Source: a virus (lineage: Duplodnaviria; Heunggongvirae; Uroviricota; Caudoviricetes). Taken from it: 64,000 bases of DNA. Below the pieces are notes generated by a model. It did no database searches, was not told where the DNA came from, and saw only the letters and a list, made by a program, of their open reading frames with translations. Shown piece by piece: positions 32,231-42,684 of the stretch. The position numbers were made by a program, and so were the translations under genes. Every line of letters starts with the position of its first letter. Positions within the stretch are counted from its first letter, which is position 1. The stretch is from IMG/VR virus record IMGVR_UViG_3300005512_005684, positions 231,003-295,002 of that record; one strand, written 5' to 3'.

Positions 32231-34145
32231 AAGACGAAGTGACGGTGTGGTTCGTGTACCCGTCCTCGCTCCTCAGAATGTGTCAAGAACGAGAGTGACA
32301 GTGGGTCCGGTTGACAAGGGCAAACTGTTCGCTGCACGGAGAGCGTCTGGCGGTGGCGGTGGCGGTGGTAGTGAGTTGGTTCGTGCTGCCGCGGGTCGAT
32401 CCGATATTCAGACGAGTTTCCAGGACTACGGTTCGTCGCTTTCTAACCCGGTCTTGATCCCAGAGCTTTTGACAGGGACGGAAGACTTCACGTCGTTGTC
32501 TTTGATGTTGCGTCCGCCTCATGAGCGGTATGACCTCTATGAATTCTTTTGGCGGTCGAATCCTTTCGTCGGTCGGGCGATAGACCTACTCACACAACTT
32601 CCGATTAGCAAGCTGAAGTTCTCGAAGCCTAAGAGCGTCCATCGAAAGTTGAACGACCAGATCATGTCGAGCTTCGTTCGGTGGTCGAAGCGAATCAACC
32701 TTTTTCGTGTTGTGCTTGAAGGGCAGCTTGACAAGAACATCTATGGCGACGCCTGGCTGTTCGCGGAGTGGGACGACGAAAAGAAAGAGTGGGTGAAGGT
32801 CACAATCATTCCCCCGGCCATGATCCATCCGATTCCTTGTCAGTTCTCGGACAAGACAGTGGTCGAGTTCAAACCGAACTCGAAGGATGTTGAGTTGATC
32901 AAGCAAGTCCAGGAGACCGGGAAGGAAAGCATTGAAGAGGAAGATCGTCGTCGGATTGAGAGTGTGCCGGAAGAGATCAGGAAGCTCATTGTCAACGACA
33001 AGAAAATCTACCTGGGAACGAATCCCTACGAGGGGAGCTTCGTTTACCAGATGTCCAAGAACAAGATGCACCACAAAGCGTTCGGGGTCTCGGTTATCGA
33101 GCGTGTGATCAATCCCTTGATCACACAGGAGAGATTCCGAACTACGCAGCTTGGTCTTGCGGGACGCAACATGACGCCGAAGCATATTGTCTCGGCGGAT
33201 GGAATTTCCCCAGATGAACTGGAGTTGCTCAGAGACGAGGTTGACCTGAGCTTCCTGAATCCTGAGTATCCGATTGTCGTGAACTTCCCGGTTGACTACC
33301 AGTTGGTCGGGGCGCAGGAACGGTTGCTCGATCTTACGTCGGAGAACGAGGGACTGGAGAACCAGTACATGGCCGGTCTGGGAGTGACTAGGGAACTGAT
33401 CATGGGCGAGGGCATGTTCTCTGGGAACAAGATCACGGTTGAAGTGATTAACACGATGTTCTTCACCGACAGGGATCAGTGGCAAGACTACATTGAAGAC
33501 CACCTCATGAAGCCGATGTCACACGCTCGTGGCTTTGTGGAATACAAGCGTGACGAGTTCGATCTCTCCGGCCTGGATCGTTCAGGGGTACGAGACGCTG
33601 GTGTGGACGTTCCGTCGAACAAGTTCGTTGAGGTGGTCGAGGACGTGATCATTCCGAGTGTCAAGTTCGACAGGATCACCATCCGGGATAATCAGGAGGT
33701 CTTCGACTCTCTATTCCAGATTTACCAGAAAGGTTCGTTGCCGATTGACTACATCCTTGAGCTTTTCAACATCGATCCCGAGGATGTCAACGAGAAACTC
33801 GTGCATGACTTGTTCTCTGTCCGGGACGCGACCTTCAACGATATGGTGCGAGACATGTACTCCAGCTTGTCAGAACACCTGGTGGCTCTTGCGGGGCCGT
33901 CGATTGCTAGGAGGTTGGCGGAGAACATGGGTGTGCATGTGGGGGCGAAGAAAGCAGAGGGAGAGGAAGAGGAAGGTGGTCTCGGTGGTGGTCGAGGCCG
34001 TTATGGTAGTGCTCAGAACGGGGGACGGAAGTCTTCAGGTCGCAAGCTATTCCGTGGTAATGGTAGTGAGCGATTGTTCCGACGGAGCCGTGCAACTGGT
34101 AGCCGCAAGGAACGTACACGGGGAACGTCAATGATGTCCTTTTAG
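32223..34145 (+). CDS. Phage portal protein
   Basis: NPFVGRAIDL, IYGDAWLF, FGVSVIE, MAGLGV...L pattern of portals; near terL. Confidence 0.8.
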   Translation: MAKRRSDGVVRVPVLAPQNVSRTRVTVGPVDKGKLFAARRASGGGGGGGSELVRAAAGRSDIQTSFQDYGSSLSNPVLIPELLTGTEDFTSLSLMLRPPHERYDLYEFFWRSNPFVGRAIDLLTQLPISKLKFSKPKSVHRKLNDQIMSSFVRWSKRINLFRVVLEGQLDKNIYGDAWLFAEWDDEKKEWVKVTIIPPAMIHPIPCQFSDKTVVEFKPNSKDVELIKQVQETGKESIEEEDRRRIESVPEEIRKLIVNDKKIYLGTNPYEGSFVYQMSKNKMHHKAFGVSVIERVINPLITQERFRTTQLGLAGRNMTPKHIVSADGISPDELELLRDEVDLSFLNPEYPIVVNFPVDYQLVGAQERLLDLTSENEGLENQYMAGLGVTRELIMGEGMFSGNKITVEVINTMFFTDRDQWQDYIEDHLMKPMSHARGFVEYKRDEFDLSGLDRSGVRDAGVDVPSNKFVEVVEDVIIPSVKFDRITIRDNQEVFDSLFQIYQKGSLPIDYILELFNIDPEDVNEKLVHDLFSVRDATFNDMVRDMYSSLSEHLVALAGPSIARRLAENMGVHVGAKKAEGEEEEGGLGGGRGRYGSAQNGGRKSSGRKLFRGNGSERLFRRSRATGSRKERTRGTSMMSF

Positions 34146-34179
34146 TCTGGTTGGTTGGTTAGGTTAGACGAAGATTGAA

Positions 34180-36381
34180 ATGAAAATGATGGATCATGGA
34201 CAGTCTGGGGACGGTGGGATTGTGTCCCTAAACGAGGACAGGAAGTTTGAGTTTCCGTACGCGCCGCAGGTTGGCGTGGGGATTCAACGGTTAAGCTCGC
34301 TTGCGGATCGTATCGAGTACTCTCCTGACATTGACACCGTTCTGTTCGTTGCGGAGAACATCTATCCGTTTTTCTCCGGCGGTGCCGAAGTCTCCATGCA
34401 CAATATCATGGCGGGCTTAGCGGCGGAAGGGTATGACGCCTACTCCGTTCGCCCGAGTTCGTCTGCGGAGGTGCAAAAGCAAGCGGATGGTGTGACGTGC
34501 GTAAGGACTCCGCGGAGTATTGCCGAGGTCATCGGCGACTACCGACCATTCCATGTTATTACACAACTCAGAATGTCCATACAGGTCATTCATTGGGCGT
34601 CGCATTTCAAGATCGATTCGACTCTCTTCATTCGTAGCACGGCGGAGCATTTTTGCGCGTTCCGGGAACGTCGAAAGCACGTGTGTTCTGAGGGAGGGTA
34701 TGTTGATCTCTTGAACTGCGGTAGAACGTGCCTTGACAAGAACGGTCTTCCTGCGGCCAGTCATTCAGCTTTTCAGGACGCAACGAACATTGTGTGCAAC
34801 TCGGACTATATGCGTCAAGCGGTGGCGCGGTTCTTCGGTCGGGAAGATGCAATTGTCCAGTATCCTTCGATAACTCAGGTGGACCTAAGTCGGAGTGAAG
34901 AGAATGATACCGTGGTAGTAGTTCGCCCGAGGGTTGGGAAAGGCAATGTGATTTTCGAGGAAATGGCTCGTCGTATGGTGAACCGGCGATTTGTGTGTAT
35001 CGGAGATCATGACATTAACCTCGACAGTGTGGGAGATAATGTGGAATTCTTCTCAGAGGTCGATGTTAAACAGATTGGTGACATCTATCGTCGGTGTAAG
35101 GTTCTGATCAAGCCGAATACGGATATGGAGTCTTTTGGTCGCATCGTACCTGAAGCTGGTGCTTTCGGCATTCCCGCGGTGTGTACGAGAATCGGTGGTT
35201 TATCGGAAGCAATGGGCGATGGGGGAGTGTTGATACCTATTGAGCAGGCGGAAGACGTGAACGTGTGGATCCAGGCCGTCCAGGAGATTGAGAGCGACTA
35301 TGAACGGTACTCTCGACTTGCGATAGAGAACTCTAGGCGTTTTCGACAGGTTGATACTATGTTGGAAGTGATTCATTTGTCCCAAACTCGGTGCAATCAA
35401 GCGCCGATTCACGTTGATACGTCCAGTGTCAAGAGGATGGTGATCACGTGTGGTGACTTCCCAGGAGTGAGGTCTGCGTTCAAGCATCTATCGACGGTGT
35501 TGTCAGACCTGGTAGAGTTTGTGTCTTTCCATCCGAATATCTCGTTCGGTGATGTACTTACAGTGTTTGGTGGATGGTCGAATGAGTATCGGGTGACGAT
35601 GGAAAGAGAGGTTGGGACTTTTGCCCATAGTTGGCATAGCAGTCTGACTCAGTTGGAACAGAGCAATGAGTACGATATTCTCAGTTTCATTTTTGAGTTG
35701 GTCAAGGAAGGGCGGTACCGATATATCTTCACCAGTTGTCCTGATTTTGCCAAGGTGATCGGTAGAGCAGTGGGCAACCGTGTGGCTAGATGGCTACCAG
35801 ATACGATTGACACGAGTAGGTTTGAGGGAGTTGAACCGAAAGACCTTGGGGAAGGGTTTCATATAGATGTATTCATGCCGGGTCACCATCGAAAGAACCT
35901 ACTACCGCAATTGATTGCATCGGCGAACGTGGGAGCCTTACTTCATGCGAACACTTTTATCTCTCGGTCGGAGTGGTATAAGTGGTTCATTGAAGCGCAT
36001 CGAGTTCAATGTCTGGAACATAGTTTCATGCCAGACGAGTTCTACTTTCGATTCATTGCGGGTATGGACGTAGGAGTCCAGGTTTCTTTTGCCGAGAGTT
36101 TCTGCTATTACGCGGTTGAAAGAATGTTGCTTGGTGTACCCGTTCTCACTTCGACAATTGTGCCTGCGACTCGTTTTGAGGACCCGATGCTTCGTGAGTA
36201 CTTGGTCGTGAAAGACCCCTCTAGTGTTGACGAAATGGAGGCGAAACTGAGAACGTTGAAAGATGACCCAGAGTTGCGGGCGGAGCTTGGCCGTCGTTGT
36301 CAGGAGCATTCATACAGGCTTGCGGAGTTCCATAACACTGAGGCTCGGCGAGTAGTGGAGGAAGTACTCAATGAGTTTTGA
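34180..36381 (+). CDS. Tandem GT4 (GT-B) glycosyltransferase
   Basis: GGAE, ESFGRIVPEAGAFGIPAV and second ESFCYYAVERMLLGVPVL. Confidence 0.9.
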   Translation: MKMMDHGQSGDGGIVSLNEDRKFEFPYAPQVGVGIQRLSSLADRIEYSPDIDTVLFVAENIYPFFSGGAEVSMHNIMAGLAAEGYDAYSVRPSSSAEVQKQADGVTCVRTPRSIAEVIGDYRPFHVITQLRMSIQVIHWASHFKIDSTLFIRSTAEHFCAFRERRKHVCSEGGYVDLLNCGRTCLDKNGLPAASHSAFQDATNIVCNSDYMRQAVARFFGREDAIVQYPSITQVDLSRSEENDTVVVVRPRVGKGNVIFEEMARRMVNRRFVCIGDHDINLDSVGDNVEFFSEVDVKQIGDIYRRCKVLIKPNTDMESFGRIVPEAGAFGIPAVCTRIGGLSEAMGDGGVLIPIEQAEDVNVWIQAVQEIESDYERYSRLAIENSRRFRQVDTMLEVIHLSQTRCNQAPIHVDTSSVKRMVITCGDFPGVRSAFKHLSTVLSDLVEFVSFHPNISFGDVLTVFGGWSNEYRVTMEREVGTFAHSWHSSLTQLEQSNEYDILSFIFELVKEGRYRYIFTSCPDFAKVIGRAVGNRVARWLPDTIDTSRFEGVEPKDLGEGFHIDVFMPGHHRKNLLPQLIASANVGALLHANTFISRSEWYKWFIEAHRVQCLEHSFMPDEFYFRFIAGMDVGVQVSFAESFCYYAVERMLLGVPVLTSTIVPATRFEDPMLREYLVVKDPSSVDEMEAKLRTLKDDPELRAELGRRCQEHSYRLAEFHNTEARRVVEEVLNEF

Positions 36382-37006
36382 TACTGCGGAATACTGGGAC
36401 ACTCGATACGGGAAGCTCGGGTTCGGTGGAGCAGGCTCGGTGAAGAAAGAGGCCGTAAAAGAACCTGGTCGAGCGATTGCTTCCCTGGAGTCACGTTACA
36501 GGGAAAGACTCAAAGAGTTTGTCCCGTCGAAGGTGGAACGGGTGTTGGACTTCGGAGCCGGTGTTGGTCGCTTTGTCCCGTTGTGTTTTGAGTTTGGTCG
36601 TCATGTGACGTGTGTCGATGTTAGCTCAGTTGGTTTAACGATACTTCGCAGCCGGTTTGACTTTCTCGGTGAGGATCATCTGACTTCAACCTTGATTCGA
36701 GAGGGGGATCGTTTACCGGGTGAGGATCAGTCGATTGACGTGGTGTTCTCGATCTACTCAATGATTCACGTGCGAGCCGAACTGGTTCCGTTCTATGTCA
36801 ATGAGCTTAGGCGGGTAGGTCGAATGGTGGTGTTTATTGAGCCTTTCCACACGAAGACGGAGGTGCAAAAGATACGTGAACGGGGAGATACGAGACCCCA
36901 CATTAACTATGTGAGTGCTCTTGAGTTTCAAGGGTTAGGTGAGTTCCAGTGTATTGACGAACTAGATCAAATCTACGTGATAGGAGACATGAGCAATGAG
37001 TCCTGA
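36371..37006 (+). CDS. Class I SAM methyltransferase
   Basis: YWDTRY, VLDFGAGVGR, CVDVS. Confidence 0.85.
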   Translation: MSFDTAEYWDTRYGKLGFGGAGSVKKEAVKEPGRAIASLESRYRERLKEFVPSKVERVLDFGAGVGRFVPLCFEFGRHVTCVDVSSVGLTILRSRFDFLGEDHLTSTLIREGDRLPGEDQSIDVVFSIYSMIHVRAELVPFYVNELRRVGRMVVFIEPFHTKTEVQKIRERGDTRPHINYVSALEFQGLGEFQCIDELDQIYVIGDMSNES

Positions 37007-37676
37007 CGAATTGGCCAGATTGTCGTTTGTACCTGGGTTTTCCGCGACTAACTTTTGGGATAAGCGCTACAAGAGCTTTGGTGCCGCCGGTGGTGGAAGC
37101 GTAAAGAGCGGTGATCTGGACGATCCTTCAGCCGAAGTGGCGAAGATCGCAAAGGCGTATCTTGGAACGATCAAGAACGTCTTGCCTCATAAGACAGCGT
37201 TTACGGTGTACATCGGTTGCGGCGGCGGGCGTTTACTTCCGATGGTCTTCGAGTTCTCCAGGAAGGTTCACGGACTTGATATTAGCGAGGTCGCACTGGA
37301 GGTTGTCCGTGACGATTTCTCATGGCTCTTGAACAACATCTTGGAGGTCATGCGTTGTTCGGAATTCGACGAGCAATACTCGACAATTCCGACTGACTCT
37401 GTAGATGTCGTCTTTACACACGCGTTGTTCAAGCACGTTCGGATGCCGTATGCCGGTTTCATTATCTCGGAGATTCGGCGAATCTTGAAGAAAGGTGGGT
37501 ACTACGTCGGTATCGAGCCAACGTGGTCGCCGGAAGTTCTGGAAGGTCTGGAGGAAGACGCGCTCCGCACCCACATGTCTTACAGGACAAAGGAGTGTTT
37601 TCTCAAGATGCTTGAGGATGGTTTCCAGATGGTTTCCACGAAGGAACACCTCTATGTCATGGAGGTGAAGAAATGA
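36996..37676 (+). CDS. Class I SAM methyltransferase, paralog of the previous gene
   Basis: FWDKRY..GGGSVK, IGCGGGR, GLDIS, RRILKKGG. Confidence 0.85.
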   Translation: MSPDELARLSFVPGFSATNFWDKRYKSFGAAGGGSVKSGDLDDPSAEVAKIAKAYLGTIKNVLPHKTAFTVYIGCGGGRLLPMVFEFSRKVHGLDISEVALEVVRDDFSWLLNNILEVMRCSEFDEQYSTIPTDSVDVVFTHALFKHVRMPYAGFIISEIRRILKKGGYYVGIEPTWSPEVLEGLEEDALRTHMSYRTKECFLKMLEDGFQMVSTKEHLYVMEVKK

Positions 37677-38719
37677 GAGCGGTAGCCGTGCCTAGTAAGG
37701 GTGGAGGGAAGCCTAGTAGGCTTACGGGGCCGATTACGAATGGCTTTCTCGACTTTGCGAGGCTGTGGGACGATCCGTGGATTTGTCCTGTAGGCAAGAA
37801 CATCCTGGACGAAGAGGATTTCCTTGCGTCGTCAGACATAGTGTTCGTGGAGTTGATCTGGAAACGTTCATGGCAAGTCCAGTTTTTGAAGTTCAAGCAA
37901 AGACACCCGGACAAACCTAAGTTTGTGTGCTTCACCGGGTCTGCGAACCGTTTCTATGCGAACTGCGAGCCGCAGGACTTTTCGGTTCACGTAGAGGCGT
38001 TAGAGGCGTTGGATGCGTTGGGTACTATGAACTGCGATATGATCAGTCACTACTCGAACTTCGGCAATCTTCGCAAGGTCTTCCACATGCCATGTGTGTT
38101 GAACTTGGATCACTATCGTCAGTATGCTGACGCGGAAAGAACGAAGGGGCGCACGACGTTGTGTATGCACACAGATTTGTTCTCGACTATGGGAGCGAAG
38201 CGGTGTGACGCGGCGAACTTGTTCCTTTGGAAGGGAATCTCTAAGAGGTATCCTGGACAGCTTCATGCGAATACGTGGGTGAGCGGCGGGGAACATCGGG
38301 ATTCGACGCGTGACAATCACGTGAGCCGTGAGGATATGGTCGAAAGTGTATCGAGGACTGTCAAGAACATGGGTATTGACAATGTAGATGTACGCCATGC
38401 CGGTCGCGATTTTATGGATGTGGCCAGTAGGAGTTGGCTGTTCTTACAGTTGAATTTCTTCCATTGTCAAGGGCGTCTTAGTCAGTTGGGGGCGGCTATT
38501 GGCGTCCCCGTGATTTCCCCTGACATGATTGAGACTCAACGATACTTGTTCCCTGATCTGGCCGTAGGTTGGCAAGATCACGAACTTGCTATGACTCGGT
38601 TCGACGAGTTGTGGGAGAACGAAGATTTCTACAGGAGGGTTGTGGAGAAAGCGAGAGAACGGGTGACGTATTACTCGCCGGAATTCTCCAGGAAGCGTAT
38701 TGAAAAGGCAGTGTTCTAG
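37673..38719 (+). CDS. Putative GT-B glycosyltransferase
   Basis: QGRLSQLGAAIGVPVIS; C-terminal helix typical of GT-B. Confidence 0.6.
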   Translation: MRAVAVPSKGGGKPSRLTGPITNGFLDFARLWDDPWICPVGKNILDEEDFLASSDIVFVELIWKRSWQVQFLKFKQRHPDKPKFVCFTGSANRFYANCEPQDFSVHVEALEALDALGTMNCDMISHYSNFGNLRKVFHMPCVLNLDHYRQYADAERTKGRTTLCMHTDLFSTMGAKRCDAANLFLWKGISKRYPGQLHANTWVSGGEHRDSTRDNHVSREDMVESVSRTVKNMGIDNVDVRHAGRDFMDVASRSWLFLQLNFFHCQGRLSQLGAAIGVPVISPDMIETQRYLFPDLAVGWQDHELAMTRFDELWENEDFYRRVVEKARERVTYYSPEFSRKRIEKAVF

Positions 38720-38730
38720 GAGATCGTACG

Positions 38731-39903
38731 ATGGATAAACCAAAGGTTCTTGCTCTCGCTGCAAAGCGTCATAGCTTGGGAGTGTTCTTTCAGCCGAAGG
38801 AAAGGATCGTTTTCTATGCGTTGCAGCCATTGATCGATGGGAAGAAAACCGTAGCGGAGGCGAGGAACGATATTGGACAGATTATCCGCGACGAGGGGAT
38901 CGAAATTGTGTCGGTCGAGTTCTTTCACAAGTTGAAGGAAGCCCTCTCTATGACGGCGGAAGAGTTTTGGAGCGAGCTTGTCGATCTGAATGATCAATCG
39001 TTTCGAGTGGTGCACATGGACTTGCGCGGCTACTCGGAGTTTTTGCTTCGTGACGAGTCACGCTGGAGAGGACGAGGCCCTGACAAGTACTACTATGTGG
39101 ATCGGTATGGGACAGGGGACATGGACATTGGTACCGTTTTTCGTCCTCAAGACGTGTGTCTCAAGAATCAGTTAGACCCCGCACTCCACGCGCAGTATCC
39201 TCAGTTGTTCCTTGTGCCGTATATTGCACCTTATACGAAATCGACGTTCCTAATGGAGACGGTGAAGATTCCAGAAAGACGCGAGGAAGTTGATTTGTGG
39301 TTCATTGGGGCAATGACTCGCCGCTCACGGTACGATCTGGTAGAAAGAGCAAAGTCAGTCGAGGGGGTGACTTTTTCGGGCGGTATCACGGCTATGGAAA
39401 AGCTGCTTCGGGACGGCAAGATGCCACCGAAATTCGAGGGTTGTAGTATGGAACATGGTGTTACGCGTTTGAGTTTTGACGACTACTTAGCGGCGTTTGG
39501 GAAGGCACGGTTGTCATTGAGCATCTATGGTGTGGGGAAGATTTGTATTCGCATGATGGAGTCGATGGCAATGCAGACTCCCTGCTTGTCTGACGCGTGT
39601 CCCTTGGAGAATATGTGGCTCGTGAAGCCGGAGCAAGACAAGCATTGCTTTTTCTACAAGAACGACTGGAGCGATTTTGAGGAACAGGTTCGGCGCTTGC
39701 TTCCAGACGACGAGCTACGGATGCGAGTGGCCATGAATGGTCACTGGTTCTGGAAGAGGTATCACCGAATCGAGTCGGTCGGGATACACGTGGACACCGT
39801 TTTAGAAATGGCTTACGAATACGATAAGGACACGATCTACGAAGAGAGTCGGAGACGGATTGATAAGCGGGCCGACGAACTTGGCATTCCAGTAGTAGCT
39901 TAG
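38731..39903 (+). CDS. Glycosyltransferase (Glyco_trans_1_2/CgeB-like)
   Basis: CIRMMESMAMQTPCLSD, LRMRVAMNG. Confidence 0.7.
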   Translation: MDKPKVLALAAKRHSLGVFFQPKERIVFYALQPLIDGKKTVAEARNDIGQIIRDEGIEIVSVEFFHKLKEALSMTAEEFWSELVDLNDQSFRVVHMDLRGYSEFLLRDESRWRGRGPDKYYYVDRYGTGDMDIGTVFRPQDVCLKNQLDPALHAQYPQLFLVPYIAPYTKSTFLMETVKIPERREEVDLWFIGAMTRRSRYDLVERAKSVEGVTFSGGITAMEKLLRDGKMPPKFEGCSMEHGVTRLSFDDYLAAFGKARLSLSIYGVGKICIRMMESMAMQTPCLSDACPLENMWLVKPEQDKHCFFYKNDWSDFEEQVRRLLPDDELRMRVAMNGHWFWKRYHRIESVGIHVDTVLEMAYEYDKDTIYEESRRRIDKRADELGIPVVA

Positions 39904-39911
39904 GAGTCAAT

Positions 39912-40820
39912 ATGGACGCGGTAATCGTTGACAGAAACTTTCATTTGTCGAGGAACTATGGAGTAGCCTCGAATGGAGAGTTTGTCCAGGCGCTTATTGA
40001 CCAGTTCGGTTTCGTGTTGGTAAGTGGACAGAAAGAGTATGACCGTCTGAAACGTCGTATTCGCAGGTTGTTCATTACTCTGGAGCCGTTGTCTCAAAGC
40101 GTTAAGATAGACTCTTCGCTTCACGAGCGCGTGGGCTTGTGGCTCAGCGATCCACATGATGCTCGTTGGCCGGAGAAGTTCCGCAGCCAACACCTGATCG
40201 ATGACAAGGGTGTAGGTTTGATTTTCTGTCCGTATCAGGACGCTACTCCGAGTTGGATTCCGGGGATTGAGGAACGGTTGGTTTTCTTTCCTTGGTTCGT
40301 CAAAAACGAGTGGGTGATCGATAAACCGATTTTCTACGGGCACGCTTACACTCACGTTATGGGCTCCTGGAGCAATATGCCGGAGTACGCGGTGCGTCGT
40401 TGGGTGGCAAATTTTCCGTTTGTTAGACGGATGTCTCACCAGTACACGGGACACGATTATCGGCGTCTTGTCGGAATGAAGTACTTTGATTGGCTTTCAC
40501 GTCACCACGATTCGATAGTCACCGGTACCGGTTGGAAACCGGCGTGGGGCTATGTGGTTGCCAAGTGTTTTGAGGTGCCGGCACGCGGTCTCTTGCTCAT
40601 TGCTCAGGATATGGCGGACATGAGAGCGTTAGGCTTCGAGGATGGTGTGAACTGCTTGTTGTTCAACAGGGAAAATTTCGAGGCGAAGACCAGCAAGTAT
40701 CTTGAATCCCCCAGGGAGTATGTGGACGTTCGTGAGCGAGGGATTGAGTTAGTTAGAGAACGCCATCTTATGAGCCACCGACTGGAACTCTTTCACGAGA
40801 GGATGATCGAGGATGCGTGA
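39912..40820 (+). CDS. Glycosyltransferase (Glyco_trans_1_2/CgeB-like)
   Basis: VAKCFEVPARGLLL, LGFEDGVNC, G.ELVRERH. Confidence 0.8.
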   Translation: MDAVIVDRNFHLSRNYGVASNGEFVQALIDQFGFVLVSGQKEYDRLKRRIRRLFITLEPLSQSVKIDSSLHERVGLWLSDPHDARWPEKFRSQHLIDDKGVGLIFCPYQDATPSWIPGIEERLVFFPWFVKNEWVIDKPIFYGHAYTHVMGSWSNMPEYAVRRWVANFPFVRRMSHQYTGHDYRRLVGMKYFDWLSRHHDSIVTGTGWKPAWGYVVAKCFEVPARGLLLIAQDMADMRALGFEDGVNCLLFNRENFEAKTSKYLESPREYVDVRERGIELVRERHLMSHRLELFHERMIEDA

Positions 40821-42000
40821 CATCTACGGATTCCTTCACGTCTATACGTCTGGTGATTGGCGCAAGGTCGTTACAGAGATCATGGCGACGTGTCGTTGTT
40901 CGGGCTTGTACGACGTGACGAAAAAGATTTACGTGGGGGTGGTCGGGGAGGAAAGCGAGACTTTTGAGTACTCGGACCCAAAGGTAGAGTTTATCGTTCG
41001 TAACAAGGATTCCAAGGGCGGTGAACGGTTGACGTTGATAGCCATGAGAGAGTTCATAGGGACGCTGGACGATGTTGGTCGCAGGTGTTGTATTTGGTAC
41101 GCACATACGAAGGGGGTGACGCGTGGTGGCAATCCGTGCGTATCTGAATGGAGACGTTACTTGTCCTACTTTGTGATCGAGAGGTATGCAGACTGTTTGT
41201 CGGCGCTCTCAAAACATAGTGCGGTCGGTGTGGACTGGCACGAAAAGAGGAAGATATTCAGCGGCAACTTTTGGTGGGCCAGAGGTGAGTATGTCAATGC
41301 CTTGGTCGCTCTGGAAAAGTCTGGGGACAGGATGGACGCGGAGAAATGGATCGGAACCCGAGTGGGTAGAACGATCACCGTGGATTGTCTCCATAAATCG
41401 TATGCTCACCTTTACAAGTGTTACTACCCGCGTGAGCGTTACGAGCGAAGTTCACGGGGAGTGCATTGTAGGGCGTTAGCTGACATTGTGGACAAGTACG
41501 GTGGGTCGAACAAGGCGGTGAAGGCGGTGAAGGAAAACGTGACGAAGGATTTGATTTCGTTCATGCGACGGTGTGCCATCTATGTTCCGAATGAGTGTTG
41601 TCTCCTGGAGTTGAATTGCCTCTCGGAAGTTCGGAGCTTGGTCTTACAGGAGCAGTTGTTCCGAGATTGTTTTTCCGTCGTTGTTGCTCCGTATAGCTCG
41701 GCGGAAGCGATTGCGAAACGGTGTCCGGCACGGTCGTCGGTATGTGTGCCGATGCTGGCGGATGACGGAATGGCCTATGCTGTTAGTCTCGGTTTGATTC
41801 CCGATCTCGTGTACTTACATTGCGATAACTTGGTGACCGAGTTCATTCCGAAGTGTCACGAGACGTTTCCGACGACGGTTCTTATGGGAGACCGATACAC
41901 GGATAAGGCAGTCAAGGAAGCCGTAGATGGATTGGCGAAAGATTCTGTTCTCCTGGAAACGTTTAAGGATCACTGGTGTCTTCACGTGGGAGGAAAATGA
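40813..42000 (+). CDS. Viral glycosyltransferase-like protein with degenerate MTase-like C-terminus
   Basis: YAHTKGV, WRRYLSYF, FSGNFWWA motifs seen in viral glycan loci; PDLVYLH, GDRY. Confidence 0.6.
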   Translation: MRDIYGFLHVYTSGDWRKVVTEIMATCRCSGLYDVTKKIYVGVVGEESETFEYSDPKVEFIVRNKDSKGGERLTLIAMREFIGTLDDVGRRCCIWYAHTKGVTRGGNPCVSEWRRYLSYFVIERYADCLSALSKHSAVGVDWHEKRKIFSGNFWWARGEYVNALVALEKSGDRMDAEKWIGTRVGRTITVDCLHKSYAHLYKCYYPRERYERSSRGVHCRALADIVDKYGGSNKAVKAVKENVTKDLISFMRRCAIYVPNECCLLELNCLSEVRSLVLQEQLFRDCFSVVVAPYSSAEAIAKRCPARSSVCVPMLADDGMAYAVSLGLIPDLVYLHCDNLVTEFIPKCHETFPTTVLMGDRYTDKAVKEAVDGLAKDSVLLETFKDHWCLHVGGK

Positions 42001-42683
42001 TGTCCAAGTTCAAAGCGTGTATCGTGGTAACGTGTAAGGGTCGGTTGAAGCACTTGAAGCAGACGCTCCCGAGCATGTTGAAACAGACAGGGTGCAATCA
42101 TCAGGTTATGGTCGTGGACTTCGATTGCCCGGACGGCACGGCAGAGTGGTGTCATTCTTTGGGGGAGGAAAGGTTGTTTGTGAGCAAAGCGTTTGATAGA
42201 CCGTTGTTCAATCTTTCGCACGCGAGGAACTGCGGGGGAGTAGATTCGGACGCGGATTGGCTGGCGTTTGTGGATGCAGATGTATTCTTGAGTGAGAACT
42301 TTCTCTCTGAAGCTGTAGCTGCTTTGGAGACTGACGAGAAAAATGTCTTGGCTCGGTTTCCGTACGACGAAACGACTAAGCGTCGTAAGTTGTCTGGGAC
42401 GTGTGTAGTCTCTCGCATACTTTTTCGACAGGTGCGAGGGTATGACGAAGCGATTCAGGGTTGGGGGTGCGAAGAGTCCGATTTCTACAATCGGTGTCTG
42501 CTTCACGGCGTTACTGAAGTTCAGCTAAAGCATGAGACGGTGAAAGACACGGTGCGTCATAGCAATGAGGACCGTGTTGCGTTCTATGAGGAAAAGGATC
42601 GTCATGCGTCGAACCGGGTGAACCGGGCGCAGGTGGCGGATTCCAAGAGGCCAGTTAATGTGAATGGATTCGGAGTCCACTGA
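41997..42683 (+). CDS. GT2/GT7-like glycosyltransferase
   Basis: ARNCG, FVDAD, GYDEAIQGWGCEESDF. Confidence 0.88.
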   Translation: MMSKFKACIVVTCKGRLKHLKQTLPSMLKQTGCNHQVMVVDFDCPDGTAEWCHSLGEERLFVSKAFDRPLFNLSHARNCGGVDSDADWLAFVDADVFLSENFLSEAVAALETDEKNVLARFPYDETTKRRKLSGTCVVSRILFRQVRGYDEAIQGWGCEESDFYNRCLLHGVTEVQLKHETVKDTVRHSNEDRVAFYEEKDRHASNRVNRAQVADSKRPVNVNGFGVH

Positions 42684-42684
42684 A